From: Octopus sinensis
Lineage: Eukaryota
Direction of reading: 5' to 3'
Length of the DNA: 64,000 nt
Assembly: GCF_006345805.1 (NCBI RefSeq)
Contig: NC_043004.1
Location: 15,066,001-15,130,000, forward strand
Made by a program: the position numbers and the translations under genes. This document shows positions 28,384 to 41,252 of the stretch, piece after piece. How positions within the stretch are numbered: the stretch's first letter is position 1; each line of letters starts with the position of its first letter. The notes below the pieces were generated by a model. That model made no database searches. It saw nothing but the letters and a program-made list of their open reading frames with translations, and had not been told where the DNA came from.

Positions 28384-28828
28384 TCAACAGAGTAACTTAT
28401 CTAACTTCTGTGCAGGCAAATATGGTATTAAATATTTCAAATAACACATGGTGTGTGGAGGGATATCAATGTTCGTAGATGACGTGTCAAGAATGTCCTC
28501 TATGGTATAAAGAATATTTGGACAGCCGAATAAATGCGAATCGGCATAGCAGCAGCAGAAATAAAAATTCTTTGTATTTGTGAAACTTAGAATTTCAATA
28601 AACGCTTGACTACGTATTTTGTTAACTACTGCATCTGATGCTTGGATATCAATCAGCTCCAGCTGGATACAGTTAGTAACTAGTGTGAAAATGAATACTA
28701 ACCTCTCAAGAAGACAATAGCTATTTGTACGGAACTGCCTAATGTACCCAGAATATCCTTCCAGCTTTGTCATTAGACGTGAAGCAATTGAACTTAAATA
28801 ATCGACGTTATTCCACAACCTTAACATC
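28384..28828 (-). CDS. Unexplained long ORF / candidate terminal exon (147 aa)
   Basis: The non-repetitive part of ORF 28384-28983 begins after a strong acceptor-like ccactactctccag. Product not recognised. Confidence 0.25.
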
Positions 28829-28887
28829 CTGGAGAGTAGTGGTGCAGAGATTAACGACACACTTTGTACAGTTATGATAGAACGGGA

Positions 28888-28969
<82 letters not shown>

Positions 28970-29994
28970 ACACACACGCACACAATCTAGCGGTCTACTC
29001 TCGTGCCCATAGAAAGTATAAACTGTAATCTATGTATCCCTGTATTTAATTCTCTGAAAGCATATTTAGACATTTTATTTAGAAATAGCAGAAAATGTTC
29101 TGTCACGGTTAACTCAATGAACAATTTCATGAATCACTGTTTTTACATACATCTGTATCTGTAGAGTATTTTTTTCCTTAGTTATATGAATACCAAACGA
29201 AAGACTGAGCTGAAATTTAAACCAAAAATAGCTAGTATGGTAAATAGAATGATGTCATACAGAAATGAATAAAGAATAACTCAAATACTCAATGGGTTAA
29301 GGTTGACTTGTTCATATAATAATGTGAAAATAAAATACAATAAAAATGCAATAAATAAAACACAAAACTACAATATCATAAATAAAATAAGTATAATAAA
29401 AAAAAGTAGTAGACTCCTTCATCCAAAGCATCTTTCTAATGCATACTGTCGGAGTTTTAACAGCTTTCGGCAGAATTTTTACATGAATTTAATTTTCGTA
29501 CATATTTAAGAGGAAAATATAATCCTACACAATAATATGAACATCTATCAACTTTATGATTATCAAAATTTCCAAGAGTTACTAATCAATACGATAAGTA
29601 TAACTAGAATCCCTACAATGGCGACACAATGTTCAATTATAGTACATAGTGAGGTTTATTAACGCAGACAATGATGAAGTAAAAGGAAAAAAAAAACGAT
29701 ATTGATAAAAATGTTCTATTTGAAGTGAATCCCGAAACGAAAATGTATAATTTTAAATATATTTCTCGTATGTCTGCTTCTTCAGGATGCATTTGTCTGA
29801 GTTATAAATACTTATTTTAAGAACTATCATATAACTTCTGCTGTATTTACAGGATAAGATGTAATTTGAACACAGAGTTACACATAGTGCTAATCGATAC
29901 GAAACATATGAGATCAAAGAAAGAGAAGCTGTTCACATTCTAATCTAGAAATATAACTGCATTTTTGAACAGAAAATCTTTATTATCTTTCAAG

Positions 29995-30161
29995 ATGATG
30001 AGTTGTTGGAATATGATGTGAAGAGGAGTAAACAGATTCAGGTATATATATGTAACTTGTTTTATGTTAACGCACACACATTCGTCACAGTATGAATTTG
30101 ATGTTAGCTATATTTAACGCGCGATAATGATTTCAAAAAGCGAAGTCTATTAAAGTGCCAG
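29995..30161 (+). CDS. Candidate exon pair 29995-30041 and 30108-30161
   Basis: tatctttcaag|..CAG|gtatat, a 66-nt intron, then gttag|..CAG|gttgca. Reads DDELLEYDVKRSKQIQ-LYLTRDNDFKKRSLLKCQ. Confidence 0.25.
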
Positions 30162-31791
30162 GTTGCAAGAAAAGCCAATTCCATTAACAAGGAACATCAC
30201 AAAAATTCCCTGTAAAAAAAATCAATATGTGACTAATAAAAAAATAAAGTTATTAGTCTCATTTTAAGTAATGCCATGTTATTTTTAAATACACAAATTA
30301 TTGAAAACACGGTATTTGTTTATTTGTTCTCATTTTATCGATTACAAACAAACATGCGCACACGCGTGTGCACACTCACATTAACGAATACGCACACATG
30401 CATACACACGCAAACTTACAAACGCTGGCACATGCAGTTACACATGGAGGCACTTATATATATTATATGCAACACGTTACACTAGAAATCTACGGGAATG
30501 ATAAACACTGAGCAAAATTTTAATTTTCAGTAGTACATGCTGAAAAATAGAAATGTATTATAATATACTACTGCAAATATATATAATCATATGTTTAGAT
30601 GTATCACCATTTTATATGTAGATATAAAATGAATTTAATCTTAAACTATAATTAATGCGTCATAATGATTTCAAAAAGCGAAGTCTATTGAAGAGAGTAT
30701 ATTTGTACGAAATATTTACATGCATGTTCATGCTTCAACGCCCCCACATACACACATATAATATAGTTGTCCACCCTCGTGCCCAAATATGGTATAAATT
30801 GTAATGTATACATTAGAATGATGATGTTTTGTATGCTTCCTTTGACGTAAGCTTAAGTTAAGTGATAACTTATGTGTAGAAATTATATTTCAGGAATGGA
30901 ACCTTACTGAGAGAATTTTCGTTATTCAAAGACACAATGCAAATTTCGAAATTTGAAAGAAGCCGAATTTGTGACACTATTTGTATAGGAATTAAAAATG
31001 GAATCATGGCTGAGTTTGCATTTGATGGAATTACTGACACAGTATGTATATATGTGTGTGTGTGTCTGTGTCTGTGTGCGTGTGTATATATATGTATGTA
31101 TGTATATGTGTATATATATATATATATGTATATGTAAATATATATATATGTATGTATATATATATATATATCTATATATATATATATATATACACATGTG
31201 TGTGAGTTTGTGCCTGTGTGTGTGTGTTCATGTATATAAATGTATGTGTATGTGTTAGTGTGTATTGTGTTGGGGGGGGATGCACGTGTGTAACTGTATT
31301 TGATTCTCTGAACGTATATTGAAACATTTATTAAACCAGAAAATTTTCTCTCAAAGTTTACTAAATGAAGAATTTCATAAGGAATTAATGTTTGGAAGAA
31401 CAACTAATATTTATTCATGACCAGCAGCTAGATCTGAACTGTCAACTCCTAGTTATCTTAATTCTCAATAAACGCAGCATACAAGCTGCACTAGATCTTT
31501 CGATGATGATGATAAGGTGATAGATAACAATTGGAACTAAATTACAATCCCATGACCTCCACTGTGATCCACTCCAAAATTGAAGTTGTTTTCTCTCTTA
31601 GTTTATTTCTGCTAGAATAGTGGCACCATGGATTTCTTTCATTTTCTAGCTCTGATGAAATATTTGCTAAAAACTTTATAATGGAATATTATGGCGCTGT
31701 ATTTCAAATTGATGTAATGCTTGCATTGTTCGATTAAATGAAGCCACCTGAAACGGCCGTATTGCATTAATACCTTGAAATACCGTTACTA

Positions 31792-31840
<49 letters not shown>

Positions 31841-31844
<4 letters not shown>

Positions 31845-32455
31845 GTATTGGCTTGACCAAAACGTCAGTTCTGTTTGTCGACAAAACCTTGAAGCACTTT
31901 AATGATGATAAAAAAAAGCATATTACTCTATCTCCGGTATTCGAGTACTATTTGACACTTCAACGCAGGTTGACGCGGGATCGCGATGAGACTGGTTGTA
32001 TTTCGTGTATGTGGGATCACCCTTAACATGGAAATCCAAAACGAACATTATCGACATCGCATGAATTTTGATTTTAGAAAAGGCAAGAAAGCGGTGGAAA
32101 CCTTTAGGAATATATACACTGTGCTCAGAGAGGACGATGTTACGGAACGTGTCTTCCAGCAGTGGTTATCAATATTTTGAGGTTAGCACAGGCACGAACT
32201 CCGATATATGACTTGGATGATCGCAGATTTCTCCCCAAATATCGAAATTGTGCGTTGAAAATCTTCTGTATAAAATTATTTATGTCAGCAAGTTCATTGT
32301 TTGAGTTTCACACCAGCTGAATGAGGCTTACTTCGCCTAAAGTATTTCCATTAGCGATTCATCGCAAAAACGTGAACAAAATGGTTCCTTTTTACCGAAG
32401 AGAACGGTGAGAGTGGACGAAAAATTGATCGTCTACAACAATGCGGAGTGCAAAT
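31841..32455 (+). mobile_element. Decayed mariner transposon (5' part of transposase)
   Basis: ATG at 32028 gives MEIQNEHYRHRMNFDFRKGKKAVETFRNIYTVLREDDVTERVFQQW, like the mellifera-type start MENQKEHFRH..FRKGK. Downstream VSHQLNEA (WVPHEL-like) and RTVRVDEKLIVYNN (TGDEKWIVYNN-like) follow, with stops and deletions. Confidence 0.88.
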
Positions 32456-32619
32456 TATTGCAGGAAACATTTTGGGCAACTTTATATAAATATATATATA
32501 TAATGTATATGAATATGTATATATGTATATATATATCTTTACATATATAAAACGAAAGAGAGAGAGATAAGTAGATGGACATATAGATATAAGAATCTAA
32601 AATCCAAGGATCGAGGTCT

Positions 32620-32951
32620 AAGAAGAAAGTGAGCTATTTGATGTAGGCTTCCGTGTTGAGTCTGAGGCAGTGTGGGAAGATGAATGGAGGCATAACGTCG
32701 ACATCACTAGTGATCACTCCAAAAAAAACATGATGTTGAGAGATTACACTGTCCACAGATTAGCAGGGAAACACTCTGAAAGGGTCGTTTTGGAGCTTCC
32801 GGTGCCAATGCTAAGCAGTATAGCATGTCATTTCCAAATTTTTGGCACAGTGAATTGCGTCAAGGTGGTGTTTTTCTTACAGACCCTACAATACTGTGTA
32901 GTCTGCAAAATCAAAGACTGCCAATGTGCTGTCGTGAAATTAGTAATATAA
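32620..32951 (+). mobile_element. Possible piggyBac-like C-terminal relic
   Basis: HRLAGKHS resembles the RLxGxH motif and is followed by YCVVCK..DCQC, which resembles the Cys-rich domain. Short and weak. Confidence 0.25.
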
Positions 32952-33447
32952 AATGATGACAATTTACCCTTTGTGTGTGTGTGTTTATATGTATGCAGAT
33001 ATATATATGTCCTAATTTCCACAACGGTGCTTGTGATGAAAGCGTTATTTATTATTTAATTAATAATACACAGGGAGTCAATTTTGTTTTTTATTCATAA
33101 TTTCAAATGAAAGTCAGTTACATATTCTTGACGAACATATTTCAGTCTTTCAGCAATTCTGTGAAAAGTAAGCAAATTGATTCCTCACGTGTCCTAAGTG
33201 ATCTGGGAACAGAAACTTGTGATTCGATTCGTGTTTAGTGTTCTTAGCCTATCATTGAGAGAGAGAAACTCCCATCGTTTAATTTGAATAAATTTCTATT
33301 ATATACTTCATATTACATTCCAAATTATCGGAAATCTTGCATGCATTATATCATTAGCCAAATAATTAACCGCATTATTATCATACGCATGCGATGGAAA
33401 TCAAACAAATTTAGAATTTGCGTGCTTGTATACATGAAAATAGATAT

Positions 33448-33650
33448 TGGTTTCGAATTTTGACAAAATTCCAGCATGTTCGGAGGAGGGTGTAAGTCGA
33501 TTACTTTGATCTTTGTGGTCAACTGCAACTTATTTTATCGACCCCGAAGATGACAGGTGAAGTCGACCTGCACGGAATTTGGACTTAATAAGACGGAAGA
33601 AATAACACTAAGCAATACCAGCGTGCTGACGGGTCTACCAGCTCGCCGCC
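33448..33650 (-). mobile_element. SINE family B, B2 tail
   Basis: Head ends ccagctcgccgcc; core block present. Confidence 0.85.
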
Positions 33651-33707
33651 TGTATATAGATATTACTAGCTAATATCTCCGGAGTCAGTAGTCGGTATTC
33701 TCTCTAT

Positions 33708-34105
33708 AATCGTTTCTACACTAGGCACAAATCCCGATAATTTTGGGAAAGGGAACAGTCGATTAGATCGACCAAAGTACTCGAGTGCTACTTAATTTAT
33801 CGAGCTCGAAACGATGAAACGCAAAGTCAACCTCGGTGGAATTTGAATAAACAACGTAAAGACAGACAAAATACCTATCTCTTTACTACCCACAAGGGGC
33901 TAAACACAGAGAGGACAAACAAAGACAGACAAACGGATTAAGTCGATTATATCGATTCAGTGCGTAACTGGTACTTATTTAATCGTCCACGAAAGGATGA
34001 AAGGCAAAGTCGACCTCGTCAGAATTTGAACTCAGAACGTAACGGCAGACGAAATACGGCTACGCATTTCGCCCGGCATGCTAACGATTCTGCCAGCTCG
34101 CCGCC
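33708..34105 (-). mobile_element. SINE family B dimer: head, B1 unit, headless B2 unit
   Basis: The junction at 33875/33876 reads aaagagata|ggtatttt on the minus strand. Confidence 0.9.
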
Positions 34106-34242
34106 TCGCTATTCTCTCTATAATGAAACATTACAGAAACTGATGAAAAGTTTACCGAGGACACCCCTTCCTATATAGCATGGTGAAAAATAAAAGCAAC
34201 TCTTCCGTAACCATTTTCTTTATTTTCCAGTTCCGATAATAC

Positions 34243-34409
34243 CGGTCAGAATGCTTAGCGGCATTTCGTCCGTCGTTACGTTCTGAGTTCAAATTCTACC
34301 AGGGTTGACTTTGCCTTTCATCCTTTCGGGGTCGTTAAAATGAGTACCAGCTGTAATCGACTAGTAATCGACTAGTCTCCTCTCCCAAACTTGCTGGCCT
34401 TGTGCCAAA

Positions 34410-34442
<33 letters not shown>

Positions 34443-34472
34443 TTATTATTATTATTATTATTATTATTATCT

Positions 34473-34520
<48 letters not shown>

Positions 34521-34545
34521 TCATCATCATTTGTAGTAATAACGG
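34243..34545 (+). mobile_element. SINE family B, 5'-truncated, with (TTA)n/(TAG)n tail
   Basis: gcttagcggcatttcgtcc..gagttcaaattc..cctttcatcctttcggggtcg; inverted relative to the copy at 33876-34105. Confidence 0.88.
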
Positions 34546-35100
34546 AATAGTAGTTGTAGATTCAGCTGTTGTTGTTGAGAAGAAGAACAGTAATTAATAA
34601 TCAGACTGTAACAATCCCTGATTCTAATCAAGTATTCATTGCTAAATTTCTGTTTATTTTCAATATCTCATCTTCCAATACAATCCACTACTTGACTCAC
34701 ATGACGCTGTTCCGTGTAAACAGTTTCAACATAACACAATTAAGATTTTTCTATTTTTGCCGTAGGTTACCGGGAGAGTCTTTTAAGTGTTTTGATATTT
34801 ACAATAGATCAGTAGTATTATTCGCAATATTAGTTCTTCTAATCAATACGATATATTGTCACAATATTAATTGCTGCCTTTGTTAATTATTTGTGTAATG
34901 CGAGTGACTGCCACGTTCTTTGTTTACTTATCAGGTATCAATTTCTTATAAGCAAGTCAATATGCATAAACAATTGTCAATATACTTCCTGTAGCATCTA
35001 GAGTACAGTTTTCGAGATGTGTAAGAGATGTCATCATAGTCATCGTCGTCGACGTCGTCCTCGTTGTCATCATTGCTGTCATTATCACTGAACAATCAAA

Positions 35101-35845
35101 GGCGGTGAGCTGGCAGAAACGTTAGCACGCCGGACGAAATGCCTAGCGGTATTTTGTCTGCCGTTACGTTGTGAGTTCAAATTCCGCCGAGGTCGACTTT
35201 GCCTTTCATCCTTTCGGGGTCGATAAATTAAGTACCAGTTACGCACTGGGGGTCAATGTAATCGATTTAATACCTATGTCTGTCCTTGTTTGTCCCCTCT
35301 GTGTTTAGCCCCTTGTGGGTAATAAAGAAATAGGTACTTCGCTCTTCGCTACGCTCTGAGTTCAAATGCGACCGAGGTCTATTTTGCCTTTCCTCCTTTC
35401 GGGGTCGATAAATTATGTACCAGTTACGCACTGGGTCGATGTAATCGACTTAATCCGTTTGACTGTCCTTGTTTGTCCTCTCTGTGTTTAGCCCCTTTTG
35501 GGTAGTAAAGAAATAGGTATTTTGTCTGCCGCTACGTTCTGAGTTCAAAAGCGACCTAAGTTGATTTTGCCTTTCATCATTTCGGGGTCGATTAAATAAC
35601 TACCAGTTACACACTGGGGCCGATATAATCGACTTAATCCGTTTGTCTGTCCTTGTTTGTCCTCCTTGTATTAAGCCCCTTGTGGGTAGTAAAGAAATAT
35701 GTATTTCGCCCGAAGTCGATGTTGCCTTTCATCCTTTCGGTGTCGATAAATTAAATACGAGTGGAACGCTGGTATCGTCGTTAACGAATAACCTCCTCCC
35801 TCAAGTTTCAGTCCCTGTACATATGGTAGAAAGGATTATCATTCA
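35101..35845 (+). mobile_element. SINE family B tetramer (head, B1, B1, B1, B2)
   Basis: Junctions aaagaaata|(g/t)gta at 35332, 35515 and 35699; the internal units are 183 and 184 bp. Confidence 0.92.
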
Positions 35846-35874
35846 ACAATGAGTCAACCCTTCATTGTTTGAGT

Positions 35875-36175
35875 GAAGGTACGTGGGCTTAGTGGTAGGT
35901 GTATTCGGCTCACTATCGTAGGGTCTTAAGTTCGTTTCACGGCGCTGCGCTGTGTTCTTGGGCATGACACGTTATTTCACGTTGCTCAGCTAGCAAACAT
36001 GAGTTGTACCTTAGTTCAATGAACCCGCCTAGTCACATTTGGTTTGTTTCGTTGAATCATCCTAAGATACGCGTGTTTGTTGGGTGCTCAGTCACTTGAG
36101 AATTAATTTCACGAGAAGGTTCTTCCGTTGACCGAAACAACTGGAACACACGTCGTTGTAACCGACGGATACCCC
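35875..36175 (+). mobile_element. SINE family D (tRNA-like head, CORE-like block)
   Basis: gaaggtacgtgggcttagtgg..agttcgttt..tgtgttcttgggcatgacac; the tail matches the inverted copy at 37.5 kb. Confidence 0.8.
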
Positions 36176-37356
36176 AGTGAGCCATTGTTTGATTAATGCA
36201 TGAATAGTTTCACATCCTCCCTGCAAAATTATAAAAAAATATCCATCAAACCGTTGTACGATTGCAAATGACACACGGTAACGATGTAAAAACTATATAT
36301 GTGTTAGTAAAGCTATGTTCTGGAAGGTGCCTATTTAACTGTGACGATTAACTATTACGGCATTAGCTATGCACAATTTCTGCTTAAATATTACAAATGG
36401 ATGTAAAAGGAAATACATTAACAGCCAATCGTTGTTTAATTGAACGTTTTCAAAACTTATTTCAATGTAGAGTCTTAAGCCATCAACACCTTTATACTGG
36501 CCCGAGAATGTATATTTAACTAAATAACGCAATTATTCGCCTATTATATTACATATCAAACAATTTCCCCTTACACACATACACACACAGACACAAACAC
36601 ACACACGCACTCAAACACACAAACACGCACACACACACGTAACTATATATTTGTATAAATATATATATGTATATATGTATATATGTATATATGTATATAT
36701 ATGTATGTATGTATATATATGTATATATATATGTGTGTGTGTAAGCAATTTAAACATATGCACTTGTACATACATATTCATACACGGATATCCATGCTTG
36801 TATGTATGTATATATGTATCTATGTATTTGCGTATGTGTGCCTGTATGGTTGTGTTTGGATGTACATACGCTAGTATAAAACGCTAATGATATCGCTTAT
36901 AGCACGAATTAAAATAATTAAATTAAAAGACAAAATAATACGGAATTCTTCAGTACATAATAGCTTCTTAACTTACTTAAAGTTTTCCTCTGCATCTCAA
37001 ACCGGATACAAAAGTTGAATGGCAACAATTAGCGACTCTTAGCAAGCAGGGGTAACGATTTTAAGAAATCAGGAAGCAATTCTCGTGTTATTATATTTGA
37101 TTAGCGGAATTACAGAATTTCAAATTAATCGATGTTTGTAGGCTTAGACTACAATGAACACGTGTCTACTACTATTTGACTTCATATGCTTTCTACCTTT
37201 AACAGCAAATCAATTATTTTAACTTTTTGGTATGGAAAATATAGAAAGCATAAGTGAATGTTATATATAAGAACAATAGTAGACGGGTGAAGAAAAAGAA
37301 TATATATAGTGCGTGTGTTTATTTGGCAAAATGACCGTCCCGAAATACTACAATAT

Positions 37357-37396
<40 letters not shown>

Positions 37397-37484
37397 ACTA
37401 ATTCTTAAAATCTTGGATGTATATGTGTGTGTATGTATGCATTGTAGATACATTTCTTTAGGAACATATAGGAACTGACATTAC

Positions 37485-37795
37485 ATCTGTTATGATGACA
37501 TTGGGTTCCAGGTGATCAGTGGATCAGCCTTCTCTTGAAAATAACGTGCATGTGACTGAGCTCTGCATGAACACGCGTACAATTTACATAGTTCTCAGGA
37601 GGATTCAGTCTGACACAGAATGTGACAAGAGTAGCGCTTTGAATTACAAATACTACTCACTTTCACCAGCAGATTGAAGTGGAAGAACGTGAAATATAAT
37701 GTCATTCTCAAGGACATAACACGTCGCCAAGAATCGAACTCGCGACCTTACGATCGTGATCCGAATACCCCTAACCACTAAGCTACGTGCCTTCA
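37485..37795 (-). mobile_element. SINE family D
   Basis: The minus strand reads gaaggcacgtagcttagtggttag..gagttcgattc (A/B boxes) and shares the gctcagtcac..gagaagg tail. Confidence 0.82.
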
Positions 37796-38288
37796 TCCAC
37801 AGATATACACATACGTGTACATGTAAAATTATATAATGGTTATAGTTGGTAATAGAATTATTGTTAATTATGCTGCCTGAGAAATGTAACTTAAACTTGT
37901 TTGAATGTGTCAGTGTTTGCATGTGTGCATGTAATAATATAGATATTTATAAATGCAAGGATAGATATTTTTGTATTCTTTCAGACTGTGGGACAACATT
38001 TAAAAAGTGTTGTTCGATTCCAAATGTCCCAGCTAAATGTCAGGTAGTCTATCTTCAGAGTTAAAGGCCATCTCCATATATCGAAATAAATCTTCAAATA
38101 AATCCACCTACACTCATAGAATTACTGTATCCTTTTGGCGTATTTCTCTTTCTTTATGTTCCAGCACACACAATCATATACACACACGAGAAACAATCTT
38201 ACACACACAGAAGAACATATATGGAAGCAGGTGTTTCTTATCCTTGTGTATATTAGAAAGAATAACGTTCTATTTGTGCGTATAAGTG

Positions 38289-38633
38289 TAGGTGTGCGTA
38301 TTTGTCTGTGTCTATGTTTATCATGGTTGATCGTCTTTAGTTGCACTTCAATGTGTCTCGAAGTGTTTTGTGGTTACATTACTAGGAGAGCAACGTATAA
38401 ATCTCTCTTTTCCATTTGAATTATTCTTCCTATAAGCGTAAACATCTTTCGTGTGTGTGCGTGTGTATACATACATACATATATATGTATATATATATGT
38501 ATGTATATACATATATATGTATATGTGTGTGTATGTATATATATGCATATATGTATATATATATATATATATATGTATGTATATACATATATATATGTGT
38601 GTGTATATATATAATATATACATATATGTATGA

Positions 38634-38668
<35 letters not shown>

Positions 38669-38877
38669 ATATTATATATACGTATATATGTATGTATGTA
38701 TACACATGCACACACACGAAAGTTGTTTACGCCTATAGGAAGAATAATTCAAATGGAAAAGAGAGATTTATACGTTGCTCTCCTAGTAATGTAACCACAA
38801 AACACTTCGAGACACATTGAAGTGCAACTAAAGACGATCAACCATGATAAACATAGACACAGACAAACACGCACACC

Positions 38878-38879
<2 letters not shown>
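38289..38879. repeat. Inverted duplication of about 190 bp around a TA-rich spacer
   Basis: 38289-38480 is the reverse complement of 38690-38879 with about 4 substitutions. Confidence 0.92.
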
Positions 38880-38963
<84 letters not shown>

Positions 38964-38975
38964 TAATATATATAT

Positions 38976-39322
38976 TAGGGGGAAGGTAAAGACCTCGTTC
39001 GCTCGTGACCATGGGATTGCACACCTCGAAAGTTACCCTCCGAGGCACAAGTCCAGGCAAGTTTGTTAATGAAAGACCAACAGAGCACCCATGCATACCA
39101 GCCACCTCTCTCCATGCTGCCGAGGTTATTCAAGAGAAAGGCAAAGGCCGATCCGCTTTGGCACAAGTGATGTCGCAAATCATATCTGCAACTGAGTAGA
39201 ACTGTAGCAACGTGAAAATAAAAGTGTTTTAGCCAAGAACACATCACATAGCCAGGTGTGGGAAACGAACTCTCTACCTTACAATTGTGAAGCCAACGCT
39301 CTAAACATTGAACCAATCGCCT
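38976..39322 (-). mobile_element. SINE family C (tRNA-like head, CORE-like block)
   Basis: The minus strand reads aggcgattggttcaatgtttagagcg..gagttcgtttcc..tgtgttcttggctaaaacac, then a distinct tail ending in (TA)n. Confidence 0.82.
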
Positions 39323-39364
39323 TTACCTATCTTTGTCTCTCTCTCTCTCACTCGCTCTCTCTCT

Positions 39365-39495
39365 GTATTAATCAGCCGAAATTGCGAGGATGATCCGGTT
39401 CTTGACTGAAGATTCAAGGCTTCAAATGTCCCGTCCGTGTTTTTTGTATCGTCTTCTAAATGTTTTGCGTTCTTGTCCCAGTTTGTGTGTTTTTT
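39365..39495 (+). mobile_element. Second Penelope-like pLTR-type fragment
   Basis: Same layout as 5700-5900 in the opposite orientation; CTGAAGA..AAATGTC at 39406-39430; next to (TA)n. Confidence 0.35.
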
Positions 39496-39535
39496 TACAT
39501 ATACATATACATACATACATACATATATATATATA

Positions 39536-39632
<97 letters not shown>

Positions 39633-39783
39633 ATATATACGCATACACACGTATAAGCGCGCACATATATATGAACACGTTTAAGTATACCTACATACAC
39701 ATCGTCACTCATAATTTCTTGTGTTCATACTCCCTCAGATACGCACACACACACACACACACACAGACATATATATATATGTA

Positions 39784-39863
<80 letters not shown>

Positions 39864-40065
39864 ATTTATATATATATATAATATATATATATATAATATA
39901 TATATATATAATATATATATATATACGTGTGTATGTGTGCGCGTGTGTGTACATAGATAGATACAGAGACAAGCACAGGTACAAAGACACACACATATAC
40001 ACACAGCGAGACATGCAGATTCATATTAATATATTTCTTATGTGTGTATGTGTGTCTGTTTGTGT

Positions 40066-40104
<39 letters not shown>

Positions 40105-40856
40105 TGTGTGTGTGCGTGTGTGCGTGTGTATCTTTTGCACATGTGCTTACGCACGCCTGTGCATTCGCGGAAATAAAAAATTTTTAAATGTTGTAAGAAA
40201 TGTATTTTAAATTCATTTACACATTCAAATATAAGTGTGTACAGAAAGGATTCTATCCTATCGCAATATTTATTTTGAATGCACTTTCGCAAAACACTTC
40301 TCCATATTGTTTGACTGGTAGCATGATACATTTGACAAGTTACGGTATTTATTCACTCAAAATCGAAGTAAATCTAAGGTCTGTCTCATCACAGCCATCC
40401 TTATATTTAGATCTGGTGTTAGCTTTCTAAACTGAAGCTTTTACGTGTTCAATATGGATTTCAGGAGGAGCAGTCTCGTAAATAGTCACTGATCGATCGG
40501 TGAACTTAAAACCTCTCTATGCTGACTCTTCAGTGACATTAGATCTTAACCTATACTTTTATCGCACTCTACGAAACATTGGCGTTCAACGTGTTATCGG
40601 GAACTTCCAAATATATAAAGGTTTCCATTCCTCAGCGTTGTAATTTATCAGATTTCTCACGTGTCTGGTGCTTTCTCCTCGAACAGAAATCGATTAAATA
40701 CTATTAGTTTTGATATGGGCGTTTCAGTATGATGGTTTCAGATTACAACGCACCACAATATAGACAATCTGAAAAAAAAAGCCCAATTTATTCTCATTTT
40801 AAATACATATATATGTACACAGGAGTGTATAAACATGTGTAGGCGTCTCTCTCTCA

Positions 40857-40904
<48 letters not shown>

Positions 40905-40933
40905 ATATATATATATATATAATATATATTATA

Positions 40934-41252
40934 GTGACGTATTTTTGCCATTTCAATATGGCTAACCCCTAAGGGTGGATGCTACTGTAGTTTTTAGCCC
41001 CAGGAGGACACACTCCTCCAGCTGGCCATAGACACACTATCTGTGTCCTGTCAGTATTTGCAAAGGGAAGTCATCCTTCCCGTCTTCAACTTATGATACA
41101 CACGGACTCGAGTTTCAAGGTATTGACCTCTCGTCAGCGTGTGACAATCATAGTTGTCGCCGAGAATTAGATTTCCTTCACAAATACTTATACTTTTTCC
41201 AGCGCCCACTGTCGGGCGGGTTAGCCATATTGAAATGGCAAAAATACGTCAC
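40934..41252. mobile_element. MITE related to 18615-18937, shorter right arm
   Basis: TIR gtgacgtatttttgccatttcaatatggctaaccc / gggttagccatattgaaatggcaaaaatacgtcac; the left arm aligns with the 18.6 kb element. Confidence 0.82.

Noticed and set aside
35101-35845. CRISPR-like or satellite array
   Set aside because: The units are 183-184 bp SINE bodies with no unique spacers, and the context is eukaryotic.
37720-39322. tRNA genes
   Set aside because: The A/B-box segments are SINE heads that continue into SINE bodies and lack a complete cloverleaf.
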